From positions 862 through 64,861 of the IMG/VR virus record IMGVR_UViG_3300042444_000560: a stretch of 64,000 bases of DNA; one strand, written 5' to 3'. This DNA comes from a virus (lineage: Duplodnaviria; Caudoviricetes). Position 1 is the first letter of the stretch. The number at the start of each line of letters is the position of its first letter. Shown in pieces: positions 8,653-17,721 of the stretch. Below the pieces are notes generated by a model. That model made no database searches and was not told the origin of the DNA. It worked only from the letters and a program-made list of their open reading frames with translations. Both the position numbers and the translations under genes were made by a program.

Positions 8653-8758
8653 GAAGTTTCCTAGCGCCAAAATCAACAGAACCGGCCCGCCAGTGAGCGA
8701 ACGGTAGTCCAATAGTCCAATCACGCCACTAAATTAAAAAATGCGTCAGGAGCGAAAT

Positions 8759-10144
8759 ATGAACGTCGTAAACACTAGGGAACGAAAAACCAAGAATCCC
8801 GATAAAGTTGACTCTGAGCAGGCCGTGTTGGCGGCTGCTTTGCTCGACTTGACGCTGCTGGATAAAGCCCAAGCGGCGAAGCTCGGTAAGGCTGATTTTT
8901 CCACGCCGGAATACGGCGAGCTGTACGACAGGCTTTGCCGGCTCCGCCTGATGGGCGATGCGGCCGGTGAGAGCGGCACGGTTAAGGCAATCCAAGAGTC
9001 CGGCGTGGGCAAAGAAGCGCTTCGGGCCATGATGGAGATGGGTGACATTTACCGACTCGACTTTCGGCTGCATGTGCGGCGGGTGATTGATACTTCCCGG
9101 ATGGCTCGGCTGGCCAAGGCGGTCGAGCAGACGGCCGAGCGAATTGAAGCCCGGGAGCCGATTTCTGACACCCTTGAATGGCTGGAAGCCGAATTGCAGC
9201 AGGTGAAAGCCAACCGGGAAATGAAGCTGTTCGACTGCACAGCCCTCGGGGAAATGAGCATTGCCGCCAAGCGAATCGAAACCACCATCGACGCCTACAC
9301 CGGCCTGAGCGAGCTGGATGACCTGATTGGCGGCTTTCACGCTGGCGACTTGTGCGTCCTGGCGGCGCGGGCCTCGGTGGGGAAAACCGCTTTTGCCATG
9401 CAGATTGCCGAGCACAATGCCAACCGGGGTCGGCCGGTCCTGTTTGTCAGCCTCGAAATGGATGCCGTAGACATTTTCGACCGCCTGATTGCCAACGACA
9501 CCGGAATCAGCGCCAGCCGCCTCCGCGGTGGCCGCAAGTCACTTTCCGATAATGACCTGGAGCGAATTGCCAACAGTGCCACCAGCTACCACGACCTGCC
9601 CCTGACGATATTTGCGCCGAGCAAAGCAACCACGGCCGACATTCGCACGGCCGCCCGCATCGCTCACGCCCGGCACGGCCTGAATCTGATTGTGATTGAT
9701 TACCTGACCTTCATTCGGCACCCTGAGCGGCGAATGGACCGGCGAGAACAGATTGGTGAAATCTGCAAGGAGCTGAAGCGGCTGGCGAAAGACTTGAAGG
9801 TGCCGGTCATTGTCCTGAGTCAGCTCAACCGGCAAGCCGAGGGTGAAGTCCCGACGCTGGCGATGCTACGGGAATCGGGCTCCGTCGAAGAAGATGCCGA
9901 CCAAGTGGTGTTTGTTCACCGAGCCGAGCGGGTATCGACCGAGGGGCAAATCATTGTCGCCAAGAATCGACACGGCCAATGCGGCTGTATCAGCGTGGAT
10001 TGGAACGGCACAGGCATGCGCTACAGCGTGGCTGAGTTTCGGGCGCCTCAGGAGCAGGCTTCCAAGGGCGCTAAGGCTTGGAAGCCCCGGCCAAAGCAGA
10101 ACTGGCAAACCGCAAAGCCGGAGGGCGAACCGTGGACAGGCTAA
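8759..10144 (+). CDS. dnaB: Replicative DNA helicase, DnaB family
   Basis: AARASVGKT Walker A, SLEM, IVIDYL, LSQLNR, LRESGSVEEDAD, KNRHG. Confidence 0.95.
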   Translation: MNVVNTRERKTKNPDKVDSEQAVLAAALLDLTLLDKAQAAKLGKADFSTPEYGELYDRLCRLRLMGDAAGESGTVKAIQESGVGKEALRAMMEMGDIYRLDFRLHVRRVIDTSRMARLAKAVEQTAERIEAREPISDTLEWLEAELQQVKANREMKLFDCTALGEMSIAAKRIETTIDAYTGLSELDDLIGGFHAGDLCVLAARASVGKTAFAMQIAEHNANRGRPVLFVSLEMDAVDIFDRLIANDTGISASRLRGGRKSLSDNDLERIANSATSYHDLPLTIFAPSKATTADIRTAARIAHARHGLNLIVIDYLTFIRHPERRMDRREQIGEICKELKRLAKDLKVPVIVLSQLNRQAEGEVPTLAMLRESGSVEEDADQVVFVHRAERVSTEGQIIVAKNRHGQCGCISVDWNGTGMRYSVAEFRAPQEQASKGAKAWKPRPKQNWQTAKPEGEPWTG

Positions 10145-10314
10145 CCGATGAGCAGGTGATTGAATTGTGGGAGGAGCGAGCCGCCATCATCGAGTTTGAC
10201 GGCAAGCAGCCCCGCCGTGATGCCGAGCGCCGAGCGTACGCGCAAATCAAACGGCAACACCGGCCAAATGAAAAGATGCCCGACGCGACAAGCGGCTGGC
10301 TGAAGAAGGTGTGA
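10132..10314 (+). CDS. Small hypothetical protein with EERAAI-EFDG motif
   Basis: Overlaps the dnaB end; the motif recurs in the giant protein. Confidence 0.6.
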   Translation: MDRLTDEQVIELWEERAAIIEFDGKQPRRDAERRAYAQIKRQHRPNEKMPDATSGWLKKV

Positions 10315-10345
10315 GATTGTTTATCTTGAAAGAGAGGGTTTTGTT

Positions 10346-10615
10346 ATGATTCCGATGATTCTTTGGTTTGATAGTGCTATCGGTATGCTTCAAAAGTCTA
10401 TTGTCGTTCCGGTAGGGCTGTCAGAGCGGTATGCCATCGTGATTGGTGACGACCATCGGTGTAATTGTTTTTTCATTAAAGAAGCGGAATGGCACGTCAA
10501 TAAAAACTGCCTTTTTGCAACAGTGGAAATTGATGAAGATTCCGTAGAACCAGATAGCAAGGAAATGGCCGAGTTGCTGCTTCAGCAAGGCTGGAAGAAG
10601 GTTATTTCGAGTTGA
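10346..10615 (+). CDS. Hypothetical protein
   Basis: Lower-GC ORF with GAGGG RBS. Confidence 0.5.
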   Translation: MIPMILWFDSAIGMLQKSIVVPVGLSERYAIVIGDDHRCNCFFIKEAEWHVNKNCLFATVEIDEDSVEPDSKEMAELLLQQGWKKVISS

Positions 10616-10710
10616 CTGAGGTTCGATAGCACTTAGCCTATAGCCGCTTTTTGGCGGGTATTGGGGGTGTCTCTGTCGCCAGAAAGCGATTCTGGCTAAG
10701 GGAACAACCC

Positions 10711-11889
10711 GTGACTACGTTCGTGCCCGCGGCTGAGGCCGCTTCTGGTGTCGATGCTGCTCGCCTGTCTCGCCAAGACGTGATTCACGCTTGGCAATCG
10801 TTTGGTGAGGCCGTCACTGTCTGGGAGGAAAGCAAAGCTCCCGTGCTGGTGGAGTGGGAAGGCGGGCTCTCCCGCTCGTTCGAGCTGCTTGAGCCGGCCG
10901 TGGTTCAGCTCATGCAAGATTTGCAGGACGACACAGTGATTGAAAAGTCGGCGTGGGCCATTGTCCTGGCGATTGATGAGTTTATCAAAGCCACCATTGA
11001 GTGGGCGGAGCAAGTCAAGGTCAATCCCCGCGGCACCAACCCCAGCGGCTCCAAAGCGGTCTGGGATGCCTATCGAGAGGTCCGGCCAGCAATGGAGGAC
11101 CGGCTGCCGGAGAAGCTGGAATCCGTGGCCAGCCTGCTTTCCCTGCGAGGAATCACGCCACAGCAGGTCGCAGTGATTTACGACTGGTACGACGAGTCCG
11201 GCAATCCCGATGTGGATAAGGTCGAGGAGGAGCGGCTGAATCCCGGCCGGCACACGGCAGGGACTCGCAATCCAGCCAGGGTCAAGCGCGAAAAGGAAAT
11301 TGAGGCCCGCTGGAAAAAGCGGTGTGAGGAATTTGGCGGGTATGACCCCAGTGTTTTTGACGGCTCGGACTCGACCGAGCAGCCTCCGCGGAAAGACCCG
11401 CCTGCACCCGAATCCTTCGAGGAGTTGCTTTCCTATGAGGGCATGACTCTTGAGCAAGTTGCTCGAATGAAGCAAGTCTCCATCGACGAAGTGCGAGAGC
11501 ACGCTCGGGAAATCGCCGTAATGAACACTGACGTGGCCCGATTGATGGGCGCGGAGCTGGCGGCGGAACGGTTGACTATCGACCCGACCAAGGTCGCCCG
11601 CAAAAATCAGATTGAAGCCTCGCTGATGGAAACTTACGCTGGGCTCGAAACGAAAGAGCGGGTGTGGGCGATGGCCGACGACGGCTGGAATGTCGGTCGC
11701 ATCTGCGCCGGCCTGCGAGCCCATGGCGTCGGTGTGTCCTACGAGGACGTTTTGCGGTATCTGAGCCAGAAGCCCGAGGTAACGAGTGAGCCAGGACAAA
11801 CCGAAGAAGCCGAAGAAGCCGAAGAAGCTGGCCAACCCGGTCGCAAGGCGAACGCAAAGCGAGGTCGAGTATCGAGAAAAACAAGCTAG
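10711..11889 (+). CDS. Hypothetical protein
   Basis: Long ORF with phage-like codon usage; start uncertain. Confidence 0.7.
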   Translation: MTTFVPAAEAASGVDAARLSRQDVIHAWQSFGEAVTVWEESKAPVLVEWEGGLSRSFELLEPAVVQLMQDLQDDTVIEKSAWAIVLAIDEFIKATIEWAEQVKVNPRGTNPSGSKAVWDAYREVRPAMEDRLPEKLESVASLLSLRGITPQQVAVIYDWYDESGNPDVDKVEEERLNPGRHTAGTRNPARVKREKEIEARWKKRCEEFGGYDPSVFDGSDSTEQPPRKDPPAPESFEELLSYEGMTLEQVARMKQVSIDEVREHAREIAVMNTDVARLMGAELAAERLTIDPTKVARKNQIEASLMETYAGLETKERVWAMADDGWNVGRICAGLRAHGVGVSYEDVLRYLSQKPEVTSEPGQTEEAEEAEEAGQPGRKANAKRGRVSRKTS

Positions 11890-12370
11890 AGCGCTGGAGC
11901 TGCTGGCGGAGGGCTACACTTACACCGAAATCGGCAAAGAGATTGGCGTCTCTCACCCGATGGTGTCCAACTACGTCAAAGACGGCCTTGGACTGTACAA
12001 AGAGCGAATTGCCGAGAGCGTCGAGACTCTGGTTGCGATGGAATGGCGACGGCTCGAACACCAAGAAACCAAATTGTGGCGACTGGTGCGGAGCGCGGAA
12101 AACGATGCCTTCGACAAAGACGGTAATCGTGATTACAAGTCGATAGCCACGCTTTACGCTCGCCTGCAATCGCTAAACGCCGACCGATTGAAGCTCATCG
12201 AGAAAATCGACCCCGGCGCAGATATGTCGCTGGATACTCGGGTTTCGCTGGTCGTCGTCCGCAGCCGCCAGGAATTGCCAAAAATTATTGAAGCTACGGA
12301 GTTCGCGCAGCGAGTATTACACGATGAGCTTCCTGCCGAGGGCGCGCAAGAGCCAGAAACAGACGGTTGA
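11786..12370 (+). CDS. terS: Putative terminase small subunit (HTH)
   Basis: ALELLAEGYTYTEIGKEIGVS HTH; immediately upstream of terL. Confidence 0.65.
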   Translation: MSQDKPKKPKKPKKLANPVARRTQSEVEYREKQARALELLAEGYTYTEIGKEIGVSHPMVSNYVKDGLGLYKERIAESVETLVAMEWRRLEHQETKLWRLVRSAENDAFDKDGNRDYKSIATLYARLQSLNADRLKLIEKIDPGADMSLDTRVSLVVVRSRQELPKIIEATEFAQRVLHDELPAEGAQEPETDG

Positions 12371-13808
12371 GCGGGTTAAACTCGCTGACGGCACAATCCA
12401 GTGCCTACACCAAGTCTACGACAAGCAACTCCAGTTCATCAATTCCCGTGACTTCGTTACGGGTTTTGTCGCTGGCCGTGCTTCCGGCAAAAGCTATACC
12501 GGCGCGCTCAAAGTGCTGCACGACGCCAAGGATGGCTGGGAGGTCATGGCAGTTTCGCCAACCTACGTCATTGCCGAGGACACGACGTTTCCGACGTTCA
12601 TCGAGGCTGCTTCCAGTGTTGGCCGGCTCATCAGGACCAAGCTGAGCCCGTTCCCGAGAGCCTTCTTCCGAACCGATGACGGTGGCCGAGCTGAGATTGC
12701 TTTCCGCTCGGGCGAAGACCCGGACAAACTTCGCGGACCGAGTAAGCCGATGCTCTGGATTGACGAAGCCTCGATTTGCCATCAGGACGTTTTCAAAATC
12801 GGTGTCGCCACCTTGCGGTATCGCGGGAAGATGGGCCAATGCCTGCTGACCTTCACTCCGAGAGGCAGAACGCACTGGACATTCAAGGAATTTTTCGACA
12901 TGGTTGACGCCGGCGAAGCTGCCCGCCTGGCTGGTGTCGGCCTGCACAAGTTCGGGGATAGCTGGTATCGCCAAAAGAAAAATACCAGTCTCATCCAAGC
13001 CCACAGCTCGGAAAATCCCTTTGTGGCCTCGGAGTACGTGGACCTTATCAGCGGCGTTTATACGTCGGCAATGCGGGAGCAGGAATTAGCCGGTAAGTTC
13101 GTGGATGTGGCCGGGCTCTTGTTTTCCCGAGAGAATTTCCGGCTCATCCAACCATTTGACGTGCCCCGTGGCGCAATGCGAGTCCGCTACTGGGACCGCG
13201 CCGCGACGGCTGGCGATGGCTGTTACACTGCCGGGGCGCTGCTCTCTATGCCGTTCGACAGTCGGCCAGCCCGAGTCATCATTGAGGACATTGTGCGCGG
13301 CCAATGGCACCCAGCCGACCGCGACAAAGTGATGCTTGAAACCGCCAAACGGGACGCGGAAAAGTACGATGGCGAAGTAATAATCTACATCGAGCAAGAA
13401 GGGGGCTCGGGCGGAAAAGAAATCGGCCAGATGGACGTGGCTAAACTCGCCGGCTTCCCCGTGTTCCTGGACGTGGTAGGAGGCTCACGCAACCGGAAGA
13501 AAGACGGAATTAACCTGCCGGGGCCGGCCAAGGTCGTTCGAGCGATGGGGCTGGCGGCCCAAGTCGAAGCGGGTAACGTGGCCATCGTCAAAGGTCCGTG
13601 GAACGATGCCTATCTGGATGAAGCCACCGCCTTTCCAGAATCGAGCTACGCGGACCAAGTAGACGCCTGCTCCGGCGGGTTCAACAAGCTCGCCATCCAC
13701 TGGCAGGGAGAAGCACAAAGCCCGGAGAGGCTTGCGCCACCCCCGGGCTTTGGTAGTAAGATTCTCGAAATGCAGAGCGTCTTGGCTCTCAACCGAAAAA
13801 GGCTTTAG
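12324..13808 (+). CDS. terL: Terminase large subunit
   Basis: AGRASGKS Walker A, LRGP, WIDEA Walker B, TFTPRG, YWDRA, DQVDA nuclease motif. Confidence 0.92.
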   Translation: MSFLPRARKSQKQTVERVKLADGTIQCLHQVYDKQLQFINSRDFVTGFVAGRASGKSYTGALKVLHDAKDGWEVMAVSPTYVIAEDTTFPTFIEAASSVGRLIRTKLSPFPRAFFRTDDGGRAEIAFRSGEDPDKLRGPSKPMLWIDEASICHQDVFKIGVATLRYRGKMGQCLLTFTPRGRTHWTFKEFFDMVDAGEAARLAGVGLHKFGDSWYRQKKNTSLIQAHSSENPFVASEYVDLISGVYTSAMREQELAGKFVDVAGLLFSRENFRLIQPFDVPRGAMRVRYWDRAATAGDGCYTAGALLSMPFDSRPARVIIEDIVRGQWHPADRDKVMLETAKRDAEKYDGEVIIYIEQEGGSGGKEIGQMDVAKLAGFPVFLDVVGGSRNRKKDGINLPGPAKVVRAMGLAAQVEAGNVAIVKGPWNDAYLDEATAFPESSYADQVDACSGGFNKLAIHWQGEAQSPERLAPPPGFGSKILEMQSVLALNRKRL

Positions 13809-13983
13809 CAATCTTTCGGCGCTGCTTTTTTTTGGCCTCAAGCTCAAGAATCGCTCGGTGATACTGGCTCATACTCATGCCCCTTGGCTTCAGTTCGACC
13901 AGTTTATCCAGAATCGACTTTGGCAACCGAACGGTCAACATGACAGTGCCCTCGGGGCTCATGGGCGGTCTACCTTTTGGCAT
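13789..13983 (-). CDS. Ribbon-helix-helix DNA-binding protein
   Basis: GRPP...LTVRLPKSILDKL...SMSQYHRAIL. Confidence 0.6.
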   Translation of the reverse strand: MPKGRPPMSPEGTVMLTVRLPKSILDKLVELKPRGMSMSQYHRAILELEAKKKQRRKIAKAFFG

Positions 13984-14320
13984 GGGCCACCCCCTGCTCC
14001 TGCTTCTGCCGCCATTTCCGAAGGTCGAGCGGCCGGCGAATCGTCATCCGTTGCCCTGCCAGCTCGTTCTCCTGCCCGCCCGGATTACCCCAGCGGTTCG
14101 GCCAAGAGCGAGTCACCAGCACGTCCAGTTCGTAGTACGCGCCAATCAACCTGCCCTCGTAGAAGTAGCCGTAGACTGGCGGCTCTTGGTCCTCCCACTC
14201 GTAGACGCGGAAGTGCGGTTCGAGGGGGGTAATCGGGTCGGCGTCGAAGCTGGCCGGCATGACCAGCGTACCGATTTGCTCAATCAGAAACTCGGGATGG
14301 TCGTGGAATGATTTAATCAT
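13970..14320 (-). CDS. Hypothetical protein
   Basis: Coupled ORF in a minus-strand cassette. Confidence 0.55.
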   Translation of the reverse strand: MIKSFHDHPEFLIEQIGTLVMPASFDADPITPLEPHFRVYEWEDQEPPVYGYFYEGRLIGAYYELDVLVTRSWPNRWGNPGGQENELAGQRMTIRRPLDLRKWRQKQEQGVAHAKR

Positions 14321-14333
14321 AGTAGGTTTCTTC

Positions 14334-14867
14334 CTATCGTGTGGTGGTGGCTCGTTTATTTGCTTCGCGCTCAGCAGCCGCTCGGCCGATTTTCTTCATT
14401 GCGTCACCAAAGGCGATTGACAGCCCGGTTACGTCAACGAAAAGGTTTCGCCGCAACTGCCTGATGGCGTCCTCGGCCCTGTCGCACAGCTCGGCCAGCT
14501 CCTCGATTGCCAGCCCTGCCCAGTGCAGTTCAGCAGGGGTGGCGGCGGTTGGCTTAGGCTTTGACTTGGCCGTTTCCTCAGTCGTCAACAGTTCGCCGAC
14601 AGGCGTAGCATGTTCGTCGTGCATATCGTCCTCGTCGCCCCAAAGCCTCCTGCAATACGTCACGGTGTCGCCTAATCCTGCAACTGGGGTCCAGTGTGTA
14701 TCCATGAATACATTGAAGTGGCCGTCGCTGATTGCACAACGCAATGCCCATTCAAGCGCATCAGGCTCAGTCGCCAGTGCCGCCTCGTAGCCGCCAGCGT
14801 AAACCTCAATGGTATTTCCAAGTTCATCAACCGTGGTTTGGATTGTGCGGTAAGTGTATTCCGGCAT
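14334..14867 (-). CDS. Hypothetical protein
   Basis: AGGAG RBS before ATG 14867. Confidence 0.6.
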   Translation of the reverse strand: MPEYTYRTIQTTVDELGNTIEVYAGGYEAALATEPDALEWALRCAISDGHFNVFMDTHWTPVAGLGDTVTYCRRLWGDEDDMHDEHATPVGELLTTEETAKSKPKPTAATPAELHWAGLAIEELAELCDRAEDAIRQLRRNLFVDVTGLSIAFGDAMKKIGRAAAEREANKRATTTR

Positions 14868-14911
14868 GTTTCTTAATCTCCTGTTAGGTGGTTTCCTATA
14901 GTTCAAAACAA

Positions 14912-15307
14912 TCAAACTCGGTGGATTACTCGGGGTTCGTGCAATAGTTCGAGCTGTTCTTCCATAATCTCGACGCCTTGTTCGTCGCCATTCAAACGGT
15001 ATTTTTCCAAGCGGTTGCGGTACAGATTACGCCACCACGCAATCACGCCCCCAGCCAGCTCCACCGCCTTATCTTGCAGCGCATCACCCTCAAGCCTGGG
15101 CAGCACAAGTGGACTGTAATCGTTCAGGCTTTTCCCTTCAAAATTGACGTGAAATTCCTTGCCAAGCTGCTCCCCGGTTCGCTCGTCAGTCACAATCATC
15201 CGGCGCTTTCCGCATGAATAGACAATGCCCTGGGTAAACCAGACGGTCCCGCTGCGGTCCCAATCCCCAATTACCGTTACTTTGTCACCCTTACTGAATG
15301 TCGTCAT
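14912..15307 (-). CDS. Hypothetical protein
   Basis: AAGGA RBS before ATG 15307. Confidence 0.6.
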   Translation of the reverse strand: MTTFSKGDKVTVIGDWDRSGTVWFTQGIVYSCGKRRMIVTDERTGEQLGKEFHVNFEGKSLNDYSPLVLPRLEGDALQDKAVELAGGVIAWWRNLYRNRLEKYRLNGDEQGVEIMEEQLELLHEPRVIHRV

Positions 15308-15364
15308 TGCGATTTTCCTTGATTGAATTTTCCGTGATGGTGCAGGCCGTCCGGTGAGCACCGG

Positions 15365-15676
15365 CTACACGGCGCTGTTAGCGGCGTCTTTCAGTTGACT
15401 ACCAAATTTCTTAATAAGGCTTTCCAGTTGTCGCACTTGGCGACGTGCGCTCGCACGCTGCTGCTTGTCGTCCTCCCAGCGTCCGGTCAACTGGTCGTTG
15501 TTGGCGTGCCCTTCTTCGCGGAACGTATCTAACACGTACCGAGCCTCACGCAAAACAATTTCATCGTCGTAACTGAGGTGCCATAAGCCAACCTCGTCAT
15601 CCTTCGCAAGATTTTCAAGAGAATACGAAAGCTCGTGAATTTTGCTTGCCGCATTGGCCAATTCTTTAGTAACCAT
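15365..15676 (-). CDS. Hypothetical protein
   Basis: AAGGA RBS; first gene after a leftward promoter (TTGAGT-17-TATACT near 15725-15753). Confidence 0.6.
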   Translation of the reverse strand: MVTKELANAASKIHELSYSLENLAKDDEVGLWHLSYDDEIVLREARYVLDTFREEGHANNDQLTGRWEDDKQQRASARRQVRQLESLIKKFGSQLKDAANSAV

Positions 15677-15824
15677 AATTCAATTCCTTGTGTTGCTTTC
15701 AGCCACCATTGGCTGGAATAGGTAGTATACTATATCGTATTACAAAACTCAAGCCTTTAATCCTTTCTTTCCCTACCGCAAAAAGCACGTAAAAACGCGG
15801 GTAAATAGAAATTCTTGGTCAGTA

Positions 15825-15853
15825 TTGAATAGGTGGCATCCTATTACTACAAT
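15825..15853 (+). promoter_or_regulatory. Rightward promoter overlapped by a TAGG-N6-CCTA operator
   Basis: TTGAAT-17-TACAAT; operator at 15830-15843. Confidence 0.6.
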
Positions 15854-15885
15854 CCTCGCAAGGATTCTAGTGCGGCGAGGTAGCC

Positions 15886-16155
15886 ATGTTTAAGTGCAAG
15901 ATTTGCGAGGGAACAGAAAGGCCTTCCCCGGAAGAGATTGGCAGGGTTTTGGCCTATCTCGGTGCGTACCGTGATTCTGTCACAAAAGACCGGTGCCGTA
16001 ACTGCCTTTCCTGCTGGATGGAGGAGAAGTTCGGCGTCAATTTACGTGGCGAGGATGAAGGGCCTTGCGGCGCGGTGAGGAAAAGCGGAGGGCCATTTCG
16101 GTACGGAAGCGGCGGCGGTAGGCGGATAATGCGAAAGCCGGAGCCGTTTCGATGA
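15886..16155 (+). CDS. Small Cys-containing hypothetical protein
   Basis: GAGG RBS; CxxC motifs. Confidence 0.5.
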   Translation: MFKCKICEGTERPSPEEIGRVLAYLGAYRDSVTKDRCRNCLSCWMEEKFGVNLRGEDEGPCGAVRKSGGPFRYGSGGGRRIMRKPEPFR

Positions 16156-16502
16156 GCCCAATCGAGCAGTACATCAACAGCCTCGGCGGCGACCAGCTCA
16201 GCGCCCGCGCAATGCCTTGGTCCTACGGCGTTGAAGCGGGGGTTTTCAATTGCGATTGCCTCGTTTGCTGGGCTCAGTCAGTGGAAGTAAGGGCCCCAAA
16301 AGCCGCGTCAAAAGTGGTCAGGGTCAATCGGCGTGTGTACTGGAAGCTCAACAATTTACAAAGAATCTCAAGCAGGCCGGCAATCGTAGTCTGCCGATGG
16401 CTGGATGGCCTGGGATGGCATGTGGTTGACGGAACGGCCGGCCTTGACGTGGGGCTGGTAAGGATTGCGGTGGATAATTTCAGGAGCGTGTCTGATGGCT
16501 AA
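16152..16502 (+). CDS. Hypothetical protein
   Basis: Translationally coupled ORF. Confidence 0.5.
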   Translation: MSPIEQYINSLGGDQLSARAMPWSYGVEAGVFNCDCLVCWAQSVEVRAPKAASKVVRVNRRVYWKLNNLQRISSRPAIVVCRWLDGLGWHVVDGTAGLDVGLVRIAVDNFRSVSDG

Positions 16503-17376
16503 GAAGGTTTACATTGCGGGGCCGATGCGGGGCAAGAAGTATTACAATTTCCCCGAGTTCGACCGGGTGGGCGGGATACTGCTCTCGAAGGGCTACAAGG
16601 TCTACAGTCCTGCCGACTTGGATAGGGAGCACGGCTTCGACCCGTGGGAGCTGCCCAAAGACCACGACTGGAACACATTGCCGGAAGGGTTCGACCTGAA
16701 GCAGGCGTTTTTCCGCGACCTTGGCGCAGTGGCCGAGTGCGACTTCATCTGCCTACTCGATGGCTGGACCGATTCAGTCGGGGCTCGCTGCGAATACTTT
16801 GCGGCGCGGTGGCTTGGGCTGCGATTCATAACCGAGAGCGACGGGATGATTTTTGAGCTGGGCCCAGGCTGGGAGCCGGCCGGCGCGTCTGTGCATGCCA
16901 GCGAGATTCCGCAAGTGGTGGCCAATCACGTTGCGTCGGGGCCGGTGGACGTGTTCTTTAACGGTCAGTTTTTGGGCACGGCTGAAGCCTTGGAGGTAGT
17001 TGATAAGCCAACCGAATTAACTCCAGAGCAGGAAAACGAGATTTTGCGGTATCTCACCGAGCAGGCCAGAGCCGGCAACCGAAAGCCACCTGAATCAATC
17101 CTCGCCGAAGCTCAGCGTATTACCGGGGGCGACCGGCAAGCCCAATACGGGCCACCGGACCAGGACTTTCGCAGAACGGCGGAAATGTGGACCGGGCTGT
17201 TTGGTGATTTACTGAAATCGGGCACTAGATTCGATGCTTTTCACGTTGCGCTCGCTATGATACTGCTGAAATCCAGCCGGCAGATTCACCAGCGCAAACG
17301 TGATAACTGGACTGACATCGCCGGATACGCCCACTGCGGGAATGTCTGTGATGAGCAAGCCGCCAAGCCAACATGA
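16495..17376 (+). CDS. DUF4406-like (nucleoside deoxyribosyltransferase fold) plus DUF6378-like fusion
   Basis: VYIAGPMRG..YNFPEF...CDFICLLDGW..S.GARCE; C-terminal GDRQAQYG...KRDNWTDIAGYA. Confidence 0.75.
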   Translation: MAKKVYIAGPMRGKKYYNFPEFDRVGGILLSKGYKVYSPADLDREHGFDPWELPKDHDWNTLPEGFDLKQAFFRDLGAVAECDFICLLDGWTDSVGARCEYFAARWLGLRFITESDGMIFELGPGWEPAGASVHASEIPQVVANHVASGPVDVFFNGQFLGTAEALEVVDKPTELTPEQENEILRYLTEQARAGNRKPPESILAEAQRITGGDRQAQYGPPDQDFRRTAEMWTGLFGDLLKSGTRFDAFHVALAMILLKSSRQIHQRKRDNWTDIAGYAHCGNVCDEQAAKPT

Positions 17377-17662
17377 GTTCGGTTTCCACGATGAGGAGCA
17401 CGACAACACCGTGGCCTGCTGGGCCTGCGGCAAGTCCTGCTACGCTCAGCAGCTGGCCGACAGCGAAGTGATTTGCTGCCAGCACTGCTGGGCGAAGATT
17501 CCTCACCATCATCGCATGTGGATTCAATTGCTCAGCAAGGCGGCCGAGGAGGGTGGACTTGGCCTGCGAGAGCTGATTGCTCGCAGCAGTACCGAGGGTT
17601 TTGACCAGAACGGTGCGGCTGATTGGTTCAGGAGTCTATACGGGCAGGGCGGCTCGAATTGA
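17351..17662 (+). CDS. Zn-finger-like hypothetical protein
   Basis: CWACG...CCQHCW. Confidence 0.5.
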   Translation: MSKPPSQHEFGFHDEEHDNTVACWACGKSCYAQQLADSEVICCQHCWAKIPHHHRMWIQLLSKAAEEGGLGLRELIARSSTEGFDQNGAADWFRSLYGQGGSN

Positions 17663-17666
17663 GAGT

Positions 17667-17694
17667 TTCACAGGCTTAGGGACATGCCTATAAT
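17667..17694 (+). promoter_or_regulatory. Promoter of the head/portal operon containing an operator
   Basis: TTCACA-16-TATAAT; TAGG-GACATG-CCTA at 17677-17690. Confidence 0.55.
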
Positions 17695-17721
17695 CTGCGG
17701 GAAATCCTCAGAGGTCAGGCC

